Origin: Bryobacterales bacterium
GTDB taxonomy: Bacteria; Acidobacteriota; Terriglobia; Bryobacterales; Bryobacteraceae
Assembly (NCBI GenBank): GCA_025462965.1
Contig: JAOAPQ010000434.1
Location: 1 to 53,310, forward strand
Reading direction: 5' to 3'
DNA: 53,310 nt
Shown here piece after piece: positions 25,293-35,175 of the stretch (positions within the stretch are counted from its first letter, which is position 1; each line of letters starts with the position of its first letter). The notes below the pieces were generated by a model. It was not told the DNA's origin. It made no database searches and saw only the letters and a list, made by a program, of their open reading frames with translations. A program made the translations under genes and the position numbers.

Positions 25293-27644
25293 ATGAGCGA
25301 AACGTTCCTTTTCAACCCCACCCAAGACGACATCAAGACGTTCGATGGGCTTCGGGTTCAGCCCGGGCGGTTCGGTCAGTTCGCGAACATCCCGCCAGGA
25401 ACCTCGGAGCCGGGCGGCGTGCTCATGGCAGCCAAGTTGATGCGCCGGCATTTCTGGCTGGTCGCGCTAACTGGATTGGCCGGTGCAGGTATCGCCGTGG
25501 TACTAGCGCTATCTCAAGAGAAAACTTACCAAGCCCGGGTATCCTTGGAGATCCAGAGCGTAAACGAGAATTACTTAAACCTTAACACTCTTGCGCCGGG
25601 AGTCTCAGGGGAATCGACCGGACAGGGATATCTTCAGACTGAAGTCAAACTGTTGAAGAGCATGTCGTTGTTGAAACGCGTGGAAGAGAAGTTGAGGTTG
25701 AGAGACCGCGCGGCGTTCGCGTACAGGCCAGGCCGGTTTGCTGCCTGGCTGATCGACCGCGGGCTGATGACCCCGCAGCGGGTGGACCCGCGGGCGTTCG
25801 CAATAGATCAACTGGTGCGAAACCTGAAGGTTGTACCTCCGACTGAAAGTAGACTGGTGGATGTCTCATTTGAATCCACGGATCCTGTCAGTGCCGCGGA
25901 GGTTGCGAATACTTTGGCGCTGGAGTTCATCGAGCAGAATCTTGAAGTTCGCTGGGCGGCCGCCCAGAGCAGCAGCCAGTGGTTGGAACCGAAGATCGAC
26001 GAACTCAAGAAGAAACTAGAACAGTCAGAAGCCGAACTGCAGGCTTACGCTCTAGCCACAGGCTTAATGATTTCCTCCACGGATGTAAATGTCGCGGAAG
26101 AAAATCTGTCTCAAATACAAAAGAATCTGTCGACCGCCCAGGCGGATCTCGCTATCAAACAGTCTCAAAACGAACTCGCTGGTTCCAGTGCGCCCGATAT
26201 TTTACCAAAGACGATTGACGACGGGCCGTCAAAGGACTACCAGGCAAAGTTGACCGATTTGCAAAGACAAATGGCTGAGTTGCGGACATCATACACTCCC
26301 GAACACTACAAGGTGCGGCACCTTGCGGCACAAATAACGGAGTTGGAGGCTGCACTTGCGCGGGAGCGCAGCAACATCGGTAAGAGAGCCTCGATCGACT
26401 ACGAGACCGCGAAGCGCCGTGTCGACCTTTTGGCCCGCGCTTACGGGACCCAGGTAAAGGCGGTAGCAGAGCAGGCCGCGAGAAGTGTCCGTTACAACAG
26501 TTTGAAGAATGAAGTGAAAACAAATCAGGACATCTATGCGGCCATGCTTCGCGAGTTGAAGCAGGCGGGCGTCGCCTCGGCGATACGAGCGAACAATATG
26601 AGGGTCGTCGACCCGGCGGAAGTACCGGGGCGTCCCAATAACGCGGTAAAAGGTTGGGCGCCTGCAATTGGGCTCGTTTCCGGCTGCTTCATGGGAATCA
26701 TATTTGCCTTTGCGCGGGACAACATGGATCAGCGTATACGGGATCCAGGAGAATCGGAAGCGTATCTGTCTGTGCCGGAATTGGGTGTGATTCCATCAGC
26801 CAGGATAGATCCTGGTCCCAGACGTGTCAAGCCGAGAGCAAAGCATAACGGCGGCGGCAACGGCCGTTCGCCCTTGAATATTAACCCAGAGCAGAACGGA
26901 ACGAATGCTGAACGAGAGACGGGCGCTGGTGGCAATCAACCGCGGAGTCCTGAACTCGTCAGCTGGGAGCGCAAGCCGTCGATCCTGGCCGAATCCTATC
27001 GGGCCGCCATGACGTCTCTTCAATTTGCGGGAACACAGGACAGCGCCCCCCGGGTCATTGTCTTCACGAGCGCGGGGCCTTCCGAAGGCAAGACGACCTC
27101 CGTATGTAACATGGGTATCGCGCTGGCTGACATTGGCAAACGTGTTCTCTTGATAGACGCGGATGACCTCAGACCACGTCTGGATGTCATCTTCGGGATG
27201 GGCAATGAGTGTGGCCTAACCAGCGTCCTGGCCGACTCGACGCCGGTCGCTTCCTACTCGTTGGAAGAGATTGCGCGCCCGACGAGAGTGCCCGGCTTAT
27301 CAATCCTTACCAACGGTCCCGACACAACCTGCATGGCACAGCTGCTCAATAAAACGAGGACCAGGGAACTGCTAACGCGGCTGAGGAACGACTACGATTT
27401 CGTTCTCATTGATACTCCTCCTGTGTCCCAGATCAACGCCAGGGTGCTCGGCAAGGTAGTTGATGGCGTAGTCCTGGTATGTCGCGCAAATCATACGGAC
27501 CGCGGGTCCGTAATGGCAGCGCGAAAACGGCTTCTTGAGGATGGCACTGCAGTATTAGGTACAATTTTGAACGACTTCTACCAGAAGCGCGGTTCCCCCG
27601 GTTATCAGTACGCTAATGCATACCGCAAGCGAGATTACGTCTAA
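25293..27644 (+). CDS. Polysaccharide co-polymerase / BY-kinase (Wzc/GumC-like chain-length determinant fused to a tyrosine autokinase)
   Basis: A TM helix is followed by the Wzz-like region YQARVSLEI, a long coiled-coil and a second TM. The kinase has Walker A SAGPSEGKTTSVCNMG, Walker A' LLIDADDLRP and Walker B DFVLIDTPPV. The Tyr-rich tail is FYQKRGSPGYQYANAYRKRDYV. Confidence 0.9.
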   Translation: MSETFLFNPTQDDIKTFDGLRVQPGRFGQFANIPPGTSEPGGVLMAAKLMRRHFWLVALTGLAGAGIAVVLALSQEKTYQARVSLEIQSVNENYLNLNTLAPGVSGESTGQGYLQTEVKLLKSMSLLKRVEEKLRLRDRAAFAYRPGRFAAWLIDRGLMTPQRVDPRAFAIDQLVRNLKVVPPTESRLVDVSFESTDPVSAAEVANTLALEFIEQNLEVRWAAAQSSSQWLEPKIDELKKKLEQSEAELQAYALATGLMISSTDVNVAEENLSQIQKNLSTAQADLAIKQSQNELAGSSAPDILPKTIDDGPSKDYQAKLTDLQRQMAELRTSYTPEHYKVRHLAAQITELEAALARERSNIGKRASIDYETAKRRVDLLARAYGTQVKAVAEQAARSVRYNSLKNEVKTNQDIYAAMLRELKQAGVASAIRANNMRVVDPAEVPGRPNNAVKGWAPAIGLVSGCFMGIIFAFARDNMDQRIRDPGESEAYLSVPELGVIPSARIDPGPRRVKPRAKHNGGGNGRSPLNINPEQNGTNAERETGAGGNQPRSPELVSWERKPSILAESYRAAMTSLQFAGTQDSAPRVIVFTSAGPSEGKTTSVCNMGIALADIGKRVLLIDADDLRPRLDVIFGMGNECGLTSVLADSTPVASYSLEEIARPTRVPGLSILTNGPDTTCMAQLLNKTRTRELLTRLRNDYDFVLIDTPPVSQINARVLGKVVDGVVLVCRANHTDRGSVMAARKRLLEDGTAVLGTILNDFYQKRGSPGYQYANAYRKRDYV

Positions 27645-27651
27645 ACCGCAG

Positions 27652-28737
27652 ATGCCGAGGCGGCTCGCCCCGATGCAACTCGAGCCGATGGTGGCGGAGC
27701 CGGTCGCTTCCGTGCTGATGTCGAACTATAACTACGCTCGTTACATAGGCGAGGCAATTCAGAGCGTGTTGGATCAAACGTACGGGGTGTTTGAACTCCT
27801 TATCTGCGACGATGGCTCTACCGACAACTCCTGTGAGGTTATAGAGTCATACGCCAATCGCGACTCACGTGTGAGGCTCTTCCGTAAAGGGAACGGGGGC
27901 CAGGCGTCGGGCTACAACATAGCGTTCGAGAACAGCCGGGGCCAAATTATCTGCCTTAGCGACTCCGACGATATATGGCTGCCGACAAAGTTGGAGGCCG
28001 TGATCCGCGCCTTCAGGCGGAATCCGTGCGCCGGCATGGTTGCGCATCCCCTTTGGAGAGTGACCGAGCACCGCAGGCGCCGGGGCGTCTCGCCGTTGTT
28101 GGCGAAGATTCCCTCGGGATGGCAGGGAGATAATGTGCTTCTTACCGGGGGAATCCTTGACGACCTCCCGCCGGGGGGCGGATTGTGTGTGAGGCGCGAG
28201 GTTGCCACACGGATTTTTCCCTTTCCAGAGAAGGGCCCGTTAGGAAGGTGTGGGGATCTGCCGTTCATGCGCCTCGGTCCCTTACTGACTTCGATCGCCG
28301 TGGTGAACGAGCCCCTGATCGAGTGGCGCCAACACGGAAAGAATGGATTCAACTCATCTCAGGTGACTGCGTCGGATATCGAACGCGACCTGGACCGCTA
28401 CGAGCATGAGTGGCGCTTGCAGTTCGATTTCCTTGAAGGCTTAGAGGCCGGGCTGTGCGCCGGTCTCAGGCCGCTTGACGTCAGTCCGCATGTCGTAACT
28501 ATGAAATACCTCCTCGCTCGGTTGCGTCATGATGACGCCTCAGCAAAGCATCACCACGAACGCATGCGAACCGGGTCTGCTGTACCGGTACGGAGTCTCT
28601 TTTGGCGTCTTTCGATCTATTTGCCGGGGCCTGTCTTTCACTTCTGTGTGCGCCTGTTTATCAGGCAAAATGTCATCAAAGCCTTCATCGCGCGGCTTCG
28701 AACGCTTATCCTCGTGCGTTCGCCGGCTCGCGTGTGA
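27652..28737 (+). CDS. Glycosyltransferase family 2
   Basis: ORF track gives 27616..28737. ATG 27652 lies just past the wzc stop, and 27616 would overlap it by 29 nt. GT2 motifs are VSVLMSNYNYARYIGEAIQSVLDQTY, ELLICDDGSTDNS and LSDSDDIW. Confidence 0.85.
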   Translation: MPRRLAPMQLEPMVAEPVASVLMSNYNYARYIGEAIQSVLDQTYGVFELLICDDGSTDNSCEVIESYANRDSRVRLFRKGNGGQASGYNIAFENSRGQIICLSDSDDIWLPTKLEAVIRAFRRNPCAGMVAHPLWRVTEHRRRRGVSPLLAKIPSGWQGDNVLLTGGILDDLPPGGGLCVRREVATRIFPFPEKGPLGRCGDLPFMRLGPLLTSIAVVNEPLIEWRQHGKNGFNSSQVTASDIERDLDRYEHEWRLQFDFLEGLEAGLCAGLRPLDVSPHVVTMKYLLARLRHDDASAKHHHERMRTGSAVPVRSLFWRLSIYLPGPVFHFCVRLFIRQNVIKAFIARLRTLILVRSPARV

Positions 28738-28749
28738 TCTGGAGAACTC

Positions 28750-29724
28750 ATGGAAACTCATCAGTGTCGAGTAAGTATCGGAGTGCCCGTATATAACGGG
28801 GAGAGATTCCTCGCAGGGGCGCTGGAATCACTTGTCAATCAGACTTTTACAGACCTTGAGATCGTGATTTCGGACAATGCCTCAACCGACCGCACCTCTG
28901 AGATCTGCACAGAGTTCGCTGCCCGTGATTCGAGGATACGATACCACCGGAGTGCGGTGAACCGTGGTGCCGGCTGGAACCACAACAACGTGGTAAATCT
29001 GTCCACGGGTAAGTATTTCAAATGGGCCTGCCATGACGACGTGTGTGCTCCTACCCTAATATCGAGGTGTGTTGAGGTCCTGGAGAGCGACGCTTCGGTT
29101 GTGGTCGCCTATGCAATGACGTCGATTATTGACGAAAACGGCGCGCTGATTGAGAACCCCTACAAGCGGCGGCTCCAGGACTATTCACCATCTCCTTCAA
29201 GGCGGTTTCGGGAGTTGATGTGGTACGAGCACCAGTGTTTTCCAATATATGGGCTGATCCGGGCAGACGTCCTCAAGAATCGCACACCTCTCTTGGGATG
29301 TCATATAGGCGGCGACAACGTGCTCCTGGCACGCTTGGCGCTGCTTGGGCGATTTCACGAGGTTCCTGAGTTCCTGTTCTTCAATCGAGATCACGGTATG
29401 AGATCGACGCGGGCTCTTCCCGCGCGGCTGCTCGAGAGTCGCCGGCGGCTAGCTCCAATCGTAGCGTGGCGTCCAGCGAGCGACTGGTGGGACACCTCCA
29501 AGAAGGGAAAGCCAGACCTCCCCTACCTGACTATGTTCTGGGAGTACTTTAACTCAATTGCCCCGGCTCACCTCAGCCTTGCTGAGCGGTGTGCGTGTTA
29601 TGCATACTTGGTCCCCTGGCTCGGGAAGTACGGTACGAGAATAGGAACTGACCTGATTGTTGCGGCGGACTTATTGGCTGCACCGCTACTGCGCAAGCTG
29701 CCGAAGGCAGAGACACACGGATAA
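28750..29724 (+). CDS. Glycosyltransferase family 2
   Basis: GT2 motifs are VSIGVPVYNGERFLAGALESLVNQTFTDLEIVISDNASTDRTSEI and WACHDDV. Confidence 0.85.
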   Translation: METHQCRVSIGVPVYNGERFLAGALESLVNQTFTDLEIVISDNASTDRTSEICTEFAARDSRIRYHRSAVNRGAGWNHNNVVNLSTGKYFKWACHDDVCAPTLISRCVEVLESDASVVVAYAMTSIIDENGALIENPYKRRLQDYSPSPSRRFRELMWYEHQCFPIYGLIRADVLKNRTPLLGCHIGGDNVLLARLALLGRFHEVPEFLFFNRDHGMRSTRALPARLLESRRRLAPIVAWRPASDWWDTSKKGKPDLPYLTMFWEYFNSIAPAHLSLAERCACYAYLVPWLGKYGTRIGTDLIVAADLLAAPLLRKLPKAETHG

Positions 29725-29741
29725 GTCGAAAGGAGCATGAT

Positions 29742-30611
29742 ATGAAGGTCCTGATTCTGGCCGGGGGCGTAGGTTCACGCTTGTCTGAGGAAACAACTCT
29801 TAAGCCGAAACCGATGGTGGAGATCGGAGGGCGTCCGATACTCTGGCACATCATGATGCACTACGCTCACTTTGGATTTAAGGATTTCTGTATCGGCCTC
29901 GGTTATAAGGGCGAGCTCATTAAGAAGTATATGCTCGACTTCTGCTCGCTGAATAGCGATCTGCGGGTAACGCTCAGGACCGGAGAGGTCAGCAGAAGCA
30001 GGGGTTGTGAGTTGGACTGGAATGTTGACTTGGTGGATACCGGCCTGAACACCCAGACAGGAGGACGCATAAAACGGCTCGCCCCTTATGTCGACGACGG
30101 CACGTTTATGCTCACTTGGGGGGACGGAGTGTCGGACATCAACCTTCATGAGCTGTTGGCATTTCATAGGGCGCACGGCAAGTTGGCTACTCTGACTGCG
30201 GTCCGCCCGACAGCGCGCTTCGGTCACCTCGAGTTAGTAGGAGACAAGGTCGTTGAGTTCTCCGAAAAGCGGCAGACCAAGGAGGGCTGGATTAATGGCG
30301 CATTCTTCGTCCTCGAGCCGGGAGTCTTTGACTACGTCGCTTCGGATGCGACGCACTGGGAGAAGGAGCCCCTCGAAGGATTGGCGAAGGACGGTCAACT
30401 TATGGCGTATCACCACACGTCTTTTTGGCAGTGCATGGACACCTTGCGGGACAAAGTCGTTCTGGAGGAGTTATGGGAAAGTGGCGAAGCACCTTGGAAA
30501 ACATGGGAGGATCAGGATGCGAATTCTAGTGACGGGAAACAGGGGCTACATTGGAACAGTAATGGTGCCGATGATGCTCGCGGCGGGACACGACCTAACG
30601 GGGTTGGATAA
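29742..30611 (+). CDS. rfbF: Glucose-1-phosphate cytidylyltransferase with a 32-aa C-terminal extension
   Basis: AAAGGAG lies 7 nt upstream of the ATG. The protein is colinear with Salmonella RfbF as I recall it, from [38 protein letters not shown] through [24 protein letters not shown]. RfbF ends there, but this ORF runs on to 30611. Confidence 0.9.
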   Translation: MKVLILAGGVGSRLSEETTLKPKPMVEIGGRPILWHIMMHYAHFGFKDFCIGLGYKGELIKKYMLDFCSLNSDLRVTLRTGEVSRSRGCELDWNVDLVDTGLNTQTGGRIKRLAPYVDDGTFMLTWGDGVSDINLHELLAFHRAHGKLATLTAVRPTARFGHLELVGDKVVEFSEKRQTKEGWINGAFFVLEPGVFDYVASDATHWEKEPLEGLAKDGQLMAYHHTSFWQCMDTLRDKVVLEELWESGEAPWKTWEDQDANSSDGKQGLHWNSNGADDARGGTRPNGVG

Positions 30612-31584
30612 GGACCTCTACTCACGGTGCACGTTCGGCCCGGAACCGGACAGTATACCTACCCTCAACAGGGACATTCGGGATATTGAGACAGACGACT
30701 TGGTAGGGTTTGACGCGATCGTGCATTTGGCGGGTCTGTCGAACGATCCGCTTGGCGACCTCGACCCGGAGTTGACCTATGAGATCAATCACCTGGCCTC
30801 TGTGAAGCTGGCTAAAGCAGCCAAGGCGGCCAATGTGTCCAGATTTGTCTTCTCATCGTCCTGCAGCAATTACGGCGCTGGAGGGGAAGCGCTCCTTGAC
30901 GAGCACGCTCCCTTCAATCCCGTCACTCCGTACGGTGTCTCGAAAGTACGAGTAGAGCAGGACGTCGTGGAGCTGGCGGATTCGAGTTTTAGTCCTACTT
31001 TCTTGCGTAGTGCGACCGCGTATGGAGTGTCGCCGCGGCTTCGGTTTGACCTGGTGCTCAATAATCTGGTCGCGTGGGCCTTCGCGACCGGCCTGATCTA
31101 CATCAAGAGTGACGGTACACCGTGGAGACCCATCGTGCACATCGAAGACATCTCCCGCGCATTCCTTGCCGTCGTCGAAGCGCCACGTGAACTGGTTCAC
31201 AATGAGTGCTTTAACGTCGGACGGACGGCGGACAACTACCGTGTCAGTGAATTGGCGGAAATAGTTCGGGATACCGTACCGGGCTGCAAGATTGAGTACG
31301 CGGCGGAAAACGGACCCGACAAGCGTTGCTATCGCGTGAATTGTGACAAGCTTCCGAACACCTTGCCCAACTTCAAACCAAGGTGGGACGCACGGATGGG
31401 TGCCAATGAACTCTACGCGGCCTATCAACGTGTTGGGCTGGTGATGGACGACTTTGAAGGATCACGGTACAAGCGAGTTGCGCATATCAAGTACTTGCAG
31501 CAAAGCGGAGTCCTGGATTCTGCCCTGCGCTGGAAAGACGAGACGGCCGACCCGACCCGGCGGACAGCTCTAGCGGCGGCTTAA
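30517..31584 (+). CDS. NAD-dependent epimerase/dehydratase (extended SDR)
   Basis: ORF track gives 30253..31584. The real start is ATG 30517 ([16 protein letters not shown]), preceded by GGGAGGA. The catalytic motif is YGVSK. The region before 30517 overlaps rfbF and is Arg/Ser-rich. Confidence 0.85.
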   Translation: MRILVTGNRGYIGTVMVPMMLAAGHDLTGLDKDLYSRCTFGPEPDSIPTLNRDIRDIETDDLVGFDAIVHLAGLSNDPLGDLDPELTYEINHLASVKLAKAAKAANVSRFVFSSSCSNYGAGGEALLDEHAPFNPVTPYGVSKVRVEQDVVELADSSFSPTFLRSATAYGVSPRLRFDLVLNNLVAWAFATGLIYIKSDGTPWRPIVHIEDISRAFLAVVEAPRELVHNECFNVGRTADNYRVSELAEIVRDTVPGCKIEYAAENGPDKRCYRVNCDKLPNTLPNFKPRWDARMGANELYAAYQRVGLVMDDFEGSRYKRVAHIKYLQQSGVLDSALRWKDETADPTRRTALAAA

Positions 31585-31608
31585 GACGATCGAGATCCAG
31601 GGAGAACT

Positions 31609-32841
31609 ATGAACTACACAGATTACAGGTGCCGTTCTTGCAGCAGTGCGGATCTCGCGCCGTTGTTGTCCTTTGGCCAGACGCCGTTGGCTGACAACCT
31701 CTTGACGGAGGATCAACTCACGTTGCCGGAACCCACGGCACCCCTAAGTCTGGCCTTCTGTCCGTCTTGTACATTAGTTCAGATTTGCGAGAGTGTTGCA
31801 CCGGAGATACTCTTCGGCAGAGACTATCCTTACTTCTCTTCCGTGTCAAAGGTGCTTCTGCAGCACTTCGGCGATAGTGCGCGGGACCTGATCCGCACAC
31901 GTAACCTGAACGGCACTTCTCTCGTCATGGAAGCCGCCAGCAATGACGGATACATGCTCAAGGTCTTTGCTGAGCACGGCATACCGGTCTTGGGATTCGA
32001 CCCGGCCAAAGGTCCGGCAGAGGCCGCGCAGCGCTCCGGAATTGCTACCCTGAATACGTTCTTCACGAAGAATTTGGCCCTCGACCTCCGGTACAGCCGC
32101 GGTCTGGCGGCGGACGTCTTCCTGGCCAACAACGTTCTGGCGCATGTTCCGGACCTGAATGGCTTTGTCGAAGGGATTCGTACGGTTCTCAAACCGGGCG
32201 GAGTCGCGGTCGTGGAAGCGCCTTATCTGATGGACCTGATCCGGCACTGCGAATTTGACACGATTTACCACCAGCATCTCTGCTACTTCTCTGTTACCGC
32301 GCTGGACAGCCTGTTTAAAAGGCACTCGCTTTCGCTCAACAGAGTAGAGAGAACGGCAGTACACGGTGGTTCGCTCCGTCTGTCCATCGGGGCGCAAGTG
32401 TCCGTTGAAGACTCGGTGCGGTCGTTGCTGCAGGATGAAGCGGAACAAGGAGTGCACCGCCTGGCCTTCTACACCGGCTTCCGGGAAAGGGTGGAGAGCG
32501 TGAGGCGAAATCTCATGCAATTACTGAATGAGCTGAAGTCGAACGGTAAACGCGTTGCCGCTTACGGAGCCGCGGCAAAGGCAACCACGTTGATGTCTTA
32601 CTGCGGAATTAACAAAGATCATGTCGATTACGTCGTGGATCTGAACGCGTTCAAACACGGGAGGTATATGGGCGGCAACCACCTTCCAATTTTTCCGCCG
32701 GCCAAATTGCTTGAAGAAATGCCTGACTATGTGCTCCTTCTCAGCTGGAACTTCGCCGACGAGATTCTGGGGCAGCAGGACGCCTATCGCCAACGAGGTG
32801 GGAAATTCATCATTCCTATCCCACAGTTGACCGTCGTATAA
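31609..32841 (+). CDS. NDP-hexose C-methyltransferase-type enzyme (Zn-ribbon, class I SAM MTase and C-terminal C-methyltransferase domain; TylC3-like)
   Basis: GGGAGA lies upstream of the ATG. The Cys4 ribbon is CRSC...CPSC. The SAM motif is [12 protein letters not shown]. The C-terminal domain reads [20 protein letters not shown]...[21 protein letters not shown]. Confidence 0.8.
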   Translation: MNYTDYRCRSCSSADLAPLLSFGQTPLADNLLTEDQLTLPEPTAPLSLAFCPSCTLVQICESVAPEILFGRDYPYFSSVSKVLLQHFGDSARDLIRTRNLNGTSLVMEAASNDGYMLKVFAEHGIPVLGFDPAKGPAEAAQRSGIATLNTFFTKNLALDLRYSRGLAADVFLANNVLAHVPDLNGFVEGIRTVLKPGGVAVVEAPYLMDLIRHCEFDTIYHQHLCYFSVTALDSLFKRHSLSLNRVERTAVHGGSLRLSIGAQVSVEDSVRSLLQDEAEQGVHRLAFYTGFRERVESVRRNLMQLLNELKSNGKRVAAYGAAAKATTLMSYCGINKDHVDYVVDLNAFKHGRYMGGNHLPIFPPAKLLEEMPDYVLLLSWNFADEILGQQDAYRQRGGKFIIPIPQLTVV

Positions 32842-32868
32842 CACTTTCATAACAAAGGACTCTGTGAC

Positions 32869-33783
32869 ATGACAAACACCATTTATTTTGACCAACCGAT
32901 AGATGACACCAGCAGACGCGGTCATCTCTATGAAGGACAGATCTTTGTATTCTCTCCCAGGCCAAGTACCCTGGCTCTATGTAAACTGGCGGATGACATG
33001 CTTTGCGAAGCCTTCTCCCCTGTGGAGCCCGTTGAGGCGCAGTATCACATGCCTGTCGAGGACTTTGTAGCGATTCTGGCGCCTCTCAAGCCAAAATTCA
33101 TCCACCATCCGGAGTCCAAGCGTCTGATACAGAATATCTTGAGGGATCTTGGCTGCGACATGGACCGGACCTATTTGGACGTGCCTAGGCTCCGGGCCGT
33201 TACCAGCGATGCCTATTTAACATCTGGAGTGGGATACGCGCACCACTTGCACCGCGACACATGGTACTCTGCGCCCCTATGCCAGCTAAACTGGTGGATT
33301 CCGATCTATAGATTTGGTTCGGAAAGCTCGATGGCATTCCATCCGAGATACTGGAATCAACCGGTCAAGAACGGCTCCAGCGGTTTTAGCTATCAGGAAT
33401 GGAACAACAACGGGAGAAAGAATGCTGCGCAACACATAAAGGCGGATACCCGCAGCCAACCTAAGGCCGAGGAAGAGTTGACATTGGCCCCCCAGGTTCG
33501 TGTCGTGTGCGAACCCGGGGGCATTATTCTGTTTTCCGCCGCCCAAATGCACTCGACCGTGCCGAACACTTCCGGAGCTACGCGCTTCAGTATCGATTTC
33601 CGGACCTTCAATTTCGACGACCTGGTACATTCTACGGGCGCCCCGAATGTTGATTCGGCGCCCCAGGATACGTCACTACGTGACTTCATGCGCGGCAGTG
33701 ATCTGACGAGACTTCCCGAAGAAGTGTTAAATTCATTCGGCGACGGTCAGCCCGCGGCCGAACCATTCGTCTTGCAGTCCTAG
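32869..33783 (+). CDS. Hypothetical protein, possible cupin / Fe(II)-2OG-oxygenase-like enzyme
   Basis: A candidate facial triad plus Arg is present: HHLHRD (HxD), QMHSTVP (distal His) and TRFSIDFR. The call is pattern-level only, with no confident family assignment. Confidence 0.35.
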   Translation: MTNTIYFDQPIDDTSRRGHLYEGQIFVFSPRPSTLALCKLADDMLCEAFSPVEPVEAQYHMPVEDFVAILAPLKPKFIHHPESKRLIQNILRDLGCDMDRTYLDVPRLRAVTSDAYLTSGVGYAHHLHRDTWYSAPLCQLNWWIPIYRFGSESSMAFHPRYWNQPVKNGSSGFSYQEWNNNGRKNAAQHIKADTRSQPKAEEELTLAPQVRVVCEPGGIILFSAAQMHSTVPNTSGATRFSIDFRTFNFDDLVHSTGAPNVDSAPQDTSLRDFMRGSDLTRLPEEVLNSFGDGQPAAEPFVLQS

Positions 33784-33798
33784 CGGCCACATAACAAT

Positions 33799-35058
33799 AT
33801 GTCAGATCGAGTGTGTCCAAATTGCGGCGCTGGAAACGTCGATGTGTTCTACCAGGTCGATGCCGTACCGGCGCATAGCGTCTTGCAGATGCCGTCCCGC
33901 GAGATAGCTGTTCACTATCCGAAGGGCCGGATTGCACTTGGCTTCTGCTCCCGCTGTGGATTCATCTTCAACACCGCCTTCGACCCGGGGCTAAACGAGT
34001 ACTCGACGAACTATGAAGAAACCCAGGGTTACTCCGGAACATTTAACGTCTTTCACCGCGACCTGGCCGCAGAACTGATCGAACGCCACAATCTTCGCAG
34101 CAAGACCATCATCGAAATAGGATGCGGCAAGGGGGATTTTCTCTCCCTGATCTGCAGCCTCGGCTCCAACAGAGGAATCGGGTTCGATCCGGCATTCGTC
34201 CCGGAGAGGCGGCGCGATCAGGCGGGCGATGTGACTTTCATTCAGGACTTCTATTCGGAAAAATACGCAGAGTACCAGGGCGACCTGATTTGCTGCAAGA
34301 TGACGCTTGAGCATATTCCGGAGACCGCCACATTCGTTAGCATGGTTCGGCGTTCGCTTGGTGGCTTTCGCGACGTAACGGTCTTTTTCCAGGTACCCGA
34401 CACGGTTCGCGTACTCTCCGAGTCGGCGTTCTGGGATATTTACTATGAACATTGTTCGTACTTTAGCGCTGCTTCCCTCTCCTGGCTGTTTCGGGATTGC
34501 GGGTTCAGCGTAACCCGTGTCGCGACCGGCTACGACGGCCAGTATCTGATGATTGAGGGCCAGCCGATTAGTAGCGAAGCTCCCCGGTCCTCGGTAATCG
34601 CGGAGAGCGCTATTTCTGAGTTGCGGAGTCTGGTGGACGCGTTCTCCTCGCAGGTACGGGAGACACGAAGTCGGTGGCACGATACCCTCCGGGAGATGCA
34701 CGCGGCAGGAAAACGTGTGGTCCTGTGGGGTGGGGGATCCAAAGCCGTGGCTTTCTTAACGACCATCGGTATCGAGAAGGAAATTGAGTATACGGTAGAT
34801 ATCAATCCATTCCGGCAAGGCATGTTCATGGCGGGCACAGGGCAGGAGATCGTCGCTCCGGAATTTCTGCGGGACTATCGCCCGGACGCAGTCGTTTTGA
34901 TGAACCCCATCTACGAACAGGAAGTGCGCGCGAACCTCTGCAAGCTCGCGCTGAAACCGGAACTCATGATGATCACGGCTTTTTCCGGGCCGTCGCGGTC
35001 TTGCCTGCCGATGCCGGCAGGAGTGCTTATTGCAGCGCACGGAGAGATGTCGATCTGA
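33799..35058 (+). CDS. C-methyltransferase-type class I SAM methyltransferase, paralog 2
   Basis: The Zn-ribbon is CPNC...CSRC. The SAM motif is IIEIGCGKGDFL. The C-terminal domain reads RVVLWGGGSKAVAFLTTIG...TVDINPFRQGMFMAGTGQEIVAPEFL. It is clearly paralogous to 36487..37695. Confidence 0.8.
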   Translation: MSDRVCPNCGAGNVDVFYQVDAVPAHSVLQMPSREIAVHYPKGRIALGFCSRCGFIFNTAFDPGLNEYSTNYEETQGYSGTFNVFHRDLAAELIERHNLRSKTIIEIGCGKGDFLSLICSLGSNRGIGFDPAFVPERRRDQAGDVTFIQDFYSEKYAEYQGDLICCKMTLEHIPETATFVSMVRRSLGGFRDVTVFFQVPDTVRVLSESAFWDIYYEHCSYFSAASLSWLFRDCGFSVTRVATGYDGQYLMIEGQPISSEAPRSSVIAESAISELRSLVDAFSSQVRETRSRWHDTLREMHAAGKRVVLWGGGSKAVAFLTTIGIEKEIEYTVDINPFRQGMFMAGTGQEIVAPEFLRDYRPDAVVLMNPIYEQEVRANLCKLALKPELMMITAFSGPSRSCLPMPAGVLIAAHGEMSI

Positions 35059-35175
35059 TATCGGTTCGCGTACCGATTCTCCTCACTCAGGACAATCCTG
35101 AAAATATCCACGCAAGTCTTTCAACAGCGATTGCCTCGACCCTTTGCCCGTGCCTGAGCTATTTCCCGCGAAAAC

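Noticed and set aside
30253-30516. Upstream extension of the SDR ORF (track start 30253)
   Set aside because: It lies entirely within rfbF in another frame. The conserved SDR N-terminus [13 protein letters not shown] starts at 30517 with a GGGAGGA RBS.
35060-35077. Short hairpin ATCGGT-TCGCGT-ACCGAT just after the stop of 33799..35058
   Set aside because: The stem is only 6 bp, there is no U-tract and the next operon gene follows. This is too weak to call a terminator.
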